Below, piece by piece: positions 57,829-64,000 of a stretch of DNA of 64,000 bases. Position numbers and translations under genes: made by a program. Source of the stretch: Gemmatimonadales bacterium. Lineage in GTDB: Bacteria; Gemmatimonadota; Gemmatimonadetes; Palauibacterales; Palauibacteraceae. Under the pieces are notes generated by a model. It was not told the origin of the DNA, did not search any database, and worked only from the letters and a program-made list of their open reading frames with translations. The DNA lies in assembly GCA_037385645.1 (NCBI GenBank), contig JARRMU010000001.1, positions 2,110 to 66,109 on the forward strand, in the 5' to 3' direction. Position 1 is the first letter of the stretch. Each line of letters starts with the position of its first letter.

Positions 57829-59364
57829 TCAGCCGGCCGCCCGGCGAAGGCGGGCCCGGTCGACCTTTCCGAGGTGGGTGCGCGGGAGGTCATCTAGGAA
57901 GTGTATGGCACGAGGATACTTATAGGGATCCAGCCGGTCCTTGACGAAGGCCTTCAGCTCTTCGGCCACCGCCTCCGGATCCTCGAGCGAGGCCTCCGGG
58001 AGGACGAAGGCGTGCGGCTTGGTGAGCCCGCTCTCGTCTGTAACACCGACGACCGCGACCTCTCGTACGGCGGCGTGCTCGAGGAGGCAGTTCTCGATTT
58101 CCTTGGGAGAGAGCCACTTGCCGGAGACCTTGAGCATGTCGTCGCCGCGGCCGGCGTAGGTGAAGCAACCGTTCGCATCGCGGCTCACCATGTCACCCGA
58201 GACGTACCACTCGCCGCGAAACGCCTCCTGCGTCTTTTCCATCTGCTGCCAGTAGCCGATCGCGCGCGAGCCACCCCGCACCCACAGCCACCCGACCACG
58301 CCATCCGGAACCTCCCGACCCTCGTCGTCACACACCCGCACCTCGAAGCCCGGCACGACCCTGCCCAGCGTTCCCGGCCTGACCTCCCCCGGCCGATTGG
58401 AGATGAAGATGTGCCACATCTCCGCCGTCCCCAGGCCGTCGAGCAGCTCCACACCGAACGCCTCGTTCCATCTCCGGTGAAGTTCCTCGGGCAGCGCCTC
58501 TCCGGCCGACGTGGCGAGACGGAGGCTGGAGAGATCACGCTCGTCTGCGTCGGGCGCCGCGAGCATGTGGTTGACCATGGTCGGCACGTTGACCAGCACG
58601 GTAGGACGGAAGCGCTCGATACGGTCGAACAGCGCATCGGTCGTGCAGCGCTCCGGCCAGAGTGCCGACGTCCCGCCGACCGCGAAGGGGAACAGGAGGT
58701 TGGTGCCCGTGGCGTACCCGAAGTACAGCTTGGGCACGGAGAGCGTGATATCGTCCTCGGTCATCCCGAGCACGCCCTTGCCGTAGCACTCCGTCGTGTT
58801 GGCGAAGGATCGGTGTGTCTGGAGCACGGCCTTCGGCCGGCCCGTCGTGCCACCGGAGAAGAGCCAGATCGCCGCGTCGTCACGGTGCGTGGGATAGTTC
58901 TCCTGCTGCGCTGACTCCCGCTCGATCCGGGCGATGAACTCGGGATCGTCCACGACCGCGAGAGCCCGAAGGTGCTGCATCGTCGGCTCGGCGTGCTCGA
59001 ACACCTTCCGGCTCGTCGAGTCGACGAAGGCGAAGGCCGCCCTGGTGTAGTCGAGGAAGTACTCGACCTCGTCGCGCTTGAGGTGCGGGTTCAGCATCAC
59101 GACGACCGCGCCGACCTTGAGGCTGCCGAAGAGGGCGCAGACGAAGTCGGGGCCGTCCTCGAGCGAGATGATCACACGGCGTTCGGCCTCGATGCCCATG
59201 TCGCGAAGAACATTCGCATACCGGTTGGATCTCTCCTGCACCTGGGCGTACGTGAGGGTGCTTTCCTCCGTGAGGATCGCCGTTCGCTCTCCCCGGCCTT
59301 CCTCCAGGCGTGCGTCCAGGAAGTAATGGGCGATGTTGAACCGGGTCGGCGGCTGAAACGGCAT
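57829..59364 (-). CDS. Benzoate-CoA ligase family aryl-CoA ligase (AMP-forming)
   Basis: The AMP-binding box is LFSGGTTGRPKAV. Strong family-specific blocks: YFGYATGTNLLFP, SAGEALPEE, DGLGTAEMWHIFISN, DDMLKVSGKWLSPKEIE, GLTKPHAFVL and FVKDRLDPYKYPR. Start is at MPFQPP (59364). Confidence 0.85.
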   Translation of the reverse strand: MPFQPPTRFNIAHYFLDARLEEGRGERTAILTEESTLTYAQVQERSNRYANVLRDMGIEAERRVIISLEDGPDFVCALFGSLKVGAVVVMLNPHLKRDEVEYFLDYTRAAFAFVDSTSRKVFEHAEPTMQHLRALAVVDDPEFIARIERESAQQENYPTHRDDAAIWLFSGGTTGRPKAVLQTHRSFANTTECYGKGVLGMTEDDITLSVPKLYFGYATGTNLLFPFAVGGTSALWPERCTTDALFDRIERFRPTVLVNVPTMVNHMLAAPDADERDLSSLRLATSAGEALPEELHRRWNEAFGVELLDGLGTAEMWHIFISNRPGEVRPGTLGRVVPGFEVRVCDDEGREVPDGVVGWLWVRGGSRAIGYWQQMEKTQEAFRGEWYVSGDMVSRDANGCFTYAGRGDDMLKVSGKWLSPKEIENCLLEHAAVREVAVVGVTDESGLTKPHAFVLPEASLEDPEAVAEELKAFVKDRLDPYKYPRAIHFLDDLPRTHLGKVDRARLRRAAG

Positions 59365-59432
59365 GGTGCACGATGTTACGCACGGGCTAGAATGGGGGTC
59401 AACCGGAGCGAACAGCCAAGGAGGATTTCGGG

Positions 59433-60188
59433 ATGGCGGTGCGGTACCTGGCCGACATGACGTGGGAGGAAGTGCGCGACCTCGGGCGGAGGAGGGTGGC
59501 CGTCCTGCCGGTTGGCGCGATCGAGGCACACGGACCCCACCTGCCGTTGTCCACCGACGTAATCATCGCCGAGGCGATGGCCGAAGCCGGCGGCGAACGA
59601 TTGGCGAAAGCAGGCTTCGAAGTTCTCATTCTCCCCGCGCTCTCCTACACAGTAGCGCGCTTCGCGGCGGGTTTCGCCGGTACGCTATCGGTCGAGCCGG
59701 AGACGCTGTCGAGTCTGCTCGTCGATCTGGCGCGCAGCCTGCGATCACACGGCGTGGATGCCGTCGCGGTCGCCAACGCGCACCTGGATCCGGCCCATGT
59801 CGGCGCGATCCGCGCGGCGCAGGCCATCTGTGAGGACGCGGCCGATGCGGCACGGATCGTCTTTCCCGACATCGCCCGCCGCCCGTGGGCGCTGCGACTC
59901 ACCGAGGAGTTTCTGAGCGGCGCCTGCCATGCCGGGCGCTTTGAGGGCTCTGTGGTGCTGGCGACGACTCCGGTGCTCGTTCGAGAAGAGATCCGAATGG
60001 CGCTGCCACCCAACGCCGCCTCCCTGTCGGACGCGATCCGTGAGGGAAAGAGCACCTTCGAGGAGGCCGGAGGTCCGCGCGCCTATTTCGGCTATCCGGC
60101 CGAGGCAACGGCCGATGAAGGCGAGCGGACGATCGAGGTGCTCGGGGAGATTCTGGCTGAAGCGGTGGAGGAGGTGCTGAAGGGATGA
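59433..60188 (+). CDS. Creatininase-family amidohydrolase
   Basis: LPVGAIEAHGPHLPLSTD matches the creatininase-family metal-binding N-terminal block. The ...NAHLD... segment is also present. Confidence 0.7.
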   Translation: MAVRYLADMTWEEVRDLGRRRVAVLPVGAIEAHGPHLPLSTDVIIAEAMAEAGGERLAKAGFEVLILPALSYTVARFAAGFAGTLSVEPETLSSLLVDLARSLRSHGVDAVAVANAHLDPAHVGAIRAAQAICEDAADAARIVFPDIARRPWALRLTEEFLSGACHAGRFEGSVVLATTPVLVREEIRMALPPNAASLSDAIREGKSTFEEAGGPRAYFGYPAEATADEGERTIEVLGEILAEAVEEVLKG

Positions 60189-60976
60189 CCACCGGAGAGC
60201 TGTCAGGTCGGGTCGCGGTCGTCACCGGGGGAGGGCGCGGGATCGGGGAATCCGTTGCTCGCGCTCTGGCTCGGACCGGTGCCGGCGTGATCGTCGCGGC
60301 TCGGACGGAGGCGGAGATCAACGCCCTGGCTGCCGAGCTCTCGGCTCTGGAGCACCACGCCTGGGCCGTTACGTGCGACGTTACCGACCCCTCGAGCGTC
60401 GAGAGGCTCGCCGAGGAAGCGGCCCGTCTGGCCGGGGAGAGCGGCGTCGGGATCCTCGTGAACAACGCCGGTGTGGCTCACTCGGCCACGGTGGGCCGAA
60501 CGGAGCTCGAGGACTGGAACCGGATGTTGGCCGTGAACGCGACCGGCACCTTTCTCTGCACGCGCGCCTTTTTGCCCGGGATGGTCGAGGGCGGCTGGGG
60601 CCGTGTGGTGAACGTCGCCTCGGTGGCTGGACTCACGGGTGCCCGCTACATCAGCGCCTACGCGGCGTCGAAGCACGCCGTGGTCGGCCTCACTCGCTGT
60701 GTAGCGGCGGAGGTAGCCGACCGGGGGGTGACCGTCAACGCCGTGTGCCCGGGTTACGTGGACACGCCGATGACCGCGGAGTCGTTGCGAAGGATCTCGG
60801 AGAAGACCGGCATGAGCGCTGAACAGGCGCTGGCGACGATCCTTGCCCACAGCCCGCAGGGTCGCCTGATCGAGCCGGACGAGGTCGCCCACTCGGTACT
60901 GTCGCTGTGCGGCGACGGAGCAAGAGGGATCAACGGCCAGTCGATCGTTATCGACGGCGGGGAGCTGCTTTCATGA
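60185..60976 (+). CDS. SDR-family oxidoreductase (3-hydroxyacyl-CoA/3-oxoacyl reductase-like)
   Basis: TGGGRGIG, NNAG and the catalytic YAASKHAV are present. The start is coupled to the previous gene by an ATGA overlap. Confidence 0.85.
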   Translation: MTTGELSGRVAVVTGGGRGIGESVARALARTGAGVIVAARTEAEINALAAELSALEHHAWAVTCDVTDPSSVERLAEEAARLAGESGVGILVNNAGVAHSATVGRTELEDWNRMLAVNATGTFLCTRAFLPGMVEGGWGRVVNVASVAGLTGARYISAYAASKHAVVGLTRCVAAEVADRGVTVNAVCPGYVDTPMTAESLRRISEKTGMSAEQALATILAHSPQGRLIEPDEVAHSVLSLCGDGARGINGQSIVIDGGELLS

Positions 60977-61013
60977 AGGTGCCCAACCGACGTAAGCCTG
61001 TCATGAGGTCCGC

Positions 61014-61436
61014 ATGAGCCTGCGCGTGATCAATCCCGAGGAGATCGGAGCTCCGAAGGGCTTCAGCCATGGCATCCTGGCCCCGGCATCGGGCCGGATC
61101 CTATTCGTGGCCGGACAGAACGCGTCGCGGGACGAGAGCGGCGTGGAGCCAGCGATCCGAGCCGACTTCGCGCGACAGTTCGCCGTCGCGCTCGACCGGA
61201 TCCTGGCTGTCGTGCGTGAAGCCGGAGGAGGTCCGCAGGACATCGGGAGGATGACGATCTACACGACGGACATGCCGTCCTACCTCTCTTCGCGGGTCCA
61301 CCTCGGTGCGGCCTACCGGGAGGCGATGGGTAGCCACTATCCGGCGATGGCGCTGGTGGAGGTCAACGAGCTGGTCGACAAGGGCGCGATCGTGGAGATC
61401 GAGGCCACGGCGGTCATTTCAGAGGGCAACAGCTAG
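61014..61436 (+). CDS. RidA/YjgF-family reactive-intermediate (enamine/imine) deaminase
   Basis: The 140 aa length, the ...IYTTDM... motif and C-terminal AIVEIEATA are typical of RidA. Confidence 0.75.
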   Translation: MSLRVINPEEIGAPKGFSHGILAPASGRILFVAGQNASRDESGVEPAIRADFARQFAVALDRILAVVREAGGGPQDIGRMTIYTTDMPSYLSSRVHLGAAYREAMGSHYPAMALVEVNELVDKGAIVEIEATAVISEGNS

Positions 61437-61444
61437 GAGGCCGG

Positions 61445-62245
61445 ATGACGATCTCGCCCGAATCGTTCTTGTACGAGCATGACGCCGAGCGCCAGGTGGC
61501 GACCATCACGCTGAACCGGCCGGAACGTCTGAACGCGTTGACGTTCCAGGTCTACGCCGAGCTCCGGGACACCTTCCGGGCGCTCGATACCGAACCCGGC
61601 GTGCGGGCCGTCGTGATCACCGGGGCCGGCAAGGCCTTCAGCTCGGGCGGAGACGTCGAGGACATCATCGGCGCCCTGTTCGAGCGGGATTACGAGGGAC
61701 TCTTGGATTTCACGCGGATGACCTGCGACCTCATCCTCGCGATCCGCCGCTGCCGCCGTCCGGTGGTGGCTGCCCTGAACGGCACCGTCGCCGGTGCCGG
61801 CGCCGTGATAGCCACCGCCTGCGACTTCCGGATCGGCTCGGAGACGGCGAAGATCGCCTACCTGTTTACGCGGGTCGGCCTCTCCGGCGCAGACATGGGG
61901 GCAGCGTGGCTGCTTCCGCGGATCGTAGGCCTCGGGCGAGCCACGGAGCTACTGATGACCGGCGCGTTCATCGACGCCGAGGAGGCACGCCGCATAGGCC
62001 TTTACAACCGGGTGGTCCCCGCCGGCTTGGTGGTGGAGGAGGCACAGACGCTCGCCGACAAGTTGGCGTCGGGACCGTCGTTTGCCCTCGAGATCACGAA
62101 GGACGCGCTCAACCGCGAGGCGAACCAAGATCTGGCGAGCGCCCTCGAGGCCGAGGCACAGATCCAGGCTTCCTGCATGCTGGGCCCCAACTTCCGCGAG
62201 GCGTACGAGGCGTTCAAGGCGAAGCGTGATGCGCAGTTCGTCTGA
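61445..62245 (+). CDS. Enoyl-CoA hydratase/isomerase (crotonase) family protein
   Basis: The oxyanion-hole motifs AVVITGAGKAFSSGGD and ALNGTVAGAG are present. Confidence 0.85.
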   Translation: MTISPESFLYEHDAERQVATITLNRPERLNALTFQVYAELRDTFRALDTEPGVRAVVITGAGKAFSSGGDVEDIIGALFERDYEGLLDFTRMTCDLILAIRRCRRPVVAALNGTVAGAGAVIATACDFRIGSETAKIAYLFTRVGLSGADMGAAWLLPRIVGLGRATELLMTGAFIDAEEARRIGLYNRVVPAGLVVEEAQTLADKLASGPSFALEITKDALNREANQDLASALEAEAQIQASCMLGPNFREAYEAFKAKRDAQFV

Positions 62246-63389
62246 GGTCAGGGCGTTCCTCGAAGATCGACACATCGAACTCGCGACGCGGGTGCGGGCG
62301 TTCGCGGCGAACGAGATCGCCCCGAGGCCGGAGCCGCACGACGATGACGCCGGCCGGAGGGAAGCCCGCTCCTTCGCCGAACTGTTGGGCTCGGGGGGCT
62401 GGCTGGAGCCGATCGGCGCGCAGGACCTCAGGGCCTGCTGCCTGATCCGCGAATCCCTCGCCGCGGCATCCCCTCTGGCTGACGCGATCTTCGCCCTCCA
62501 GGCCCTTGGCGGCACGCCGCTTCTCCTGTCGGGAGCCGGCCCCGGCACGGCCGCCTGGGAATGGCTGGCCCGCATGCTGGAGGGAGGTGCGATCGGGGCG
62601 TTCGCCATGACGGAGCCGGAGGCCGGGAGCGACGTGGCCTCGCTCCAGACCCGGGCGGTGAAGCGGGGCGACGCCTGGGTTCTCGATGGGCACAAGAGCT
62701 TGATCTCCAATGCCGGCCTAGCCGATGTCTACACGGTGTTCGCCTGCACCGACCCGGACGCCGGCACGCGCGGTATCTCGTGTTTTCTCGTTCCTGCTGA
62801 TGCGCAGGGACTCCGCTTCGTCGGCCCCCAGGTCATGAGCGAGCCGCATCCGCTCGGGGAGATCGCCTTCGAAGAGTGTGCGCTTCCCGGCGATCATCTG
62901 ATCGGCGAGCCGGGTCAGGGCTTCAAGCTCGGGATGATGACGTTGGATCGGTTGCGTCCGACCGTCGCGGCAGCGGCATGCGGGATGGCGGCGCGGGCCC
63001 TCCGTGAGGCACTGGACCACTCGACCCGGCGGGAGCAGTTCGGTCAGAAGCTAGCCGAGTTTCAGCTGATCCAGGAGAAGCTGGGCCGGATGGGGACCGA
63101 CCTCGCGGCAGCCCGATTGCTCACCTACAGGGCGGCGTGGGAGAAGGACGCCGGTGCCGACCGCATCACCCTGGAGGCCTCGATGGCGAAGGCGTTCGCG
63201 ACGGAGGCGGCTCAGAGAATCGTGGACGATGCGGTGCAGATCCTCGGCGGACGCGGCGTCCTGGCCGAGAGTCCGGTGGACCGTCTTTATCGGGCGGTGC
63301 GGGCGCTCCGCATCTACGAGGGGACCACGGAGATCCAGCACCTGATCATCGCGCGACAGATGCTGGAAGCTTACGGAGCGCCGCGATGA
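62229..63389 (+). CDS. Acyl-CoA dehydrogenase
   Basis: The ACAD motifs ...AFAMTEPEAGSD..., ...QILGGRG... and C-terminal YEGTTEIQ are present. The start overlaps the crotonase gene by 17 nt. Confidence 0.85.
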   Translation: MRSSSEVRAFLEDRHIELATRVRAFAANEIAPRPEPHDDDAGRREARSFAELLGSGGWLEPIGAQDLRACCLIRESLAAASPLADAIFALQALGGTPLLLSGAGPGTAAWEWLARMLEGGAIGAFAMTEPEAGSDVASLQTRAVKRGDAWVLDGHKSLISNAGLADVYTVFACTDPDAGTRGISCFLVPADAQGLRFVGPQVMSEPHPLGEIAFEECALPGDHLIGEPGQGFKLGMMTLDRLRPTVAAAACGMAARALREALDHSTRREQFGQKLAEFQLIQEKLGRMGTDLAAARLLTYRAAWEKDAGADRITLEASMAKAFATEAAQRIVDDAVQILGGRGVLAESPVDRLYRAVRALRIYEGTTEIQHLIIARQMLEAYGAPR

Positions 63390-64000
63390 GATTCGTCAGC
63401 GTCGGTGGCGGACCGGCGGGGCTCTACTTTGCCATCCTCATGAAGGAGGCGGACCCTTCGCACGAGGTGCTCGTGCTGGAGCGGAACAAGCCGGACGACA
63501 CCTTCGGGTTCGGCGTAGTGTTCTCGGACGCGACGATCGGCGAGCTCGGCGAGGCGGAGCCGCTGACCTACCAGGCGATCACGGACCGTTTTTATCACTG
63601 GGACGACATCGACATCCACTACGGCGGGGAAGTCCTATCGTCGACGGGGCACGGCTTCGCCGGCATGTCGAGGCAGACGCTGCTCCGCATCCTCCAGGAT
63701 CGATGCCGCGAGCTGGATGTGGACCTCCGGTTCGAGGTCGAGGTCGAGGACCTCGCGCCTTACGCGGACGCCGACCTCATTCTGGCCGCCGATGGCGTGA
63801 ACAGCCGGATTCGGGCCGAATACGCGGACTACTTCCGGCCCAGCATCGACATGCGGCCGAACCGCTTCGTTTGGCTGGGGACGACGAAGCCCTTCCCCGC
63901 CTTCACCTTCTATTTCAAGCCGACCGACCACGGGCTGTGGCGGGTGCACACCTACCAGTACGTGGAAGAGGGAGGGGCTGGCGCGGAGCTCCTCAACGGC
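63386..64000 (+). CDS. FAD-dependent aromatic-ring monooxygenase (possibly aryl-CoA monooxygenase-like), N-terminal part; truncated by the window end
   Basis: ATGA overlap with the acd stop. The dinucleotide fold MRFVSVGGGPAGLYFAILMK and the DG motif ILAADGVNSRIR are present. The similarity to 2-aminobenzoyl-CoA / salicylyl-CoA monooxygenase N-termini is from memory and is tentative. Confidence 0.55.
   Translation, partial: MRFVSVGGGPAGLYFAILMKEADPSHEVLVLERNKPDDTFGFGVVFSDATIGELGEAEPLTYQAITDRFYHWDDIDIHYGGEVLSSTGHGFAGMSRQTLLRILQDRCRELDVDLRFEVEVEDLAPYADADLILAADGVNSRIRAEYADYFRPSIDMRPNRFVWLGTTKPFPAFTFYFKPTDHGLWRVHTYQYVEEGGAGAELLNG

Noticed and set aside
1-64000. Scan for CRISPR arrays, tRNA/rRNA/tmRNA genes, integrases/transposases and long direct repeats
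   Set aside because: No regularly spaced repeats, no tRNA-like T-arm or acceptor signatures in the intergenic regions, and no mobile-element protein signatures were seen. Intergenic regions are short (mostly under 300 bp).

Overview
This is a 64 kb stretch of a very GC-rich bacterial chromosome (about 68-70% GC), densely coded on both strands. There are no rRNA, tRNA, CRISPR, transposase or integrase signals. The Omp85-type β-barrel that ends in Phe, the lipoprotein signal peptides, and the Tat and Sec signal peptides suggest a diderm organism, possibly Gemmatimonadota-like, but lineage cannot be settled from sequence alone. Most of the window is housekeeping or metabolism: priA, tatA, pckA, lon, rsgA, a complete sufC-sufB-sufD-Rieske-sufS-sufU Fe-S assembly operon, glpD, two divergent phosphofructokinases, several aminotransferases, and a neurotransmitter:sodium symporter (NSS) transporter. 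Five parts look less routine. First, a cyanophycin locus (cphB, cphA, then a second CphA-like gene that lacks the ATP-grasp domain). Second, an amidase operon whose small upstream partner pairs a twin-arginine signal with a GatC-like C-terminus, hinting at Tat co-export of an amidase that has no signal peptide. Third, a xanthine-dehydrogenase-family enzyme split over two loci: the Mo subunit is disrupted, and the FAD subunit carries a four-cysteine insertion spaced as in the 4-hydroxybenzoyl-CoA reductase β subunit. Fourth, an aryl-CoA ligase / crotonase / acyl-CoA dehydrogenase / RidA / creatininase-family / FAD-monooxygenase cluster that looks like an aerobic CoA-dependent aromatic-acid pathway. 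Fifth, an Omp85-family barrel translationally coupled to a large uncharacterised lipoprotein. Every functional call rests on reading the translated ORFs for family motifs; no database search was run.
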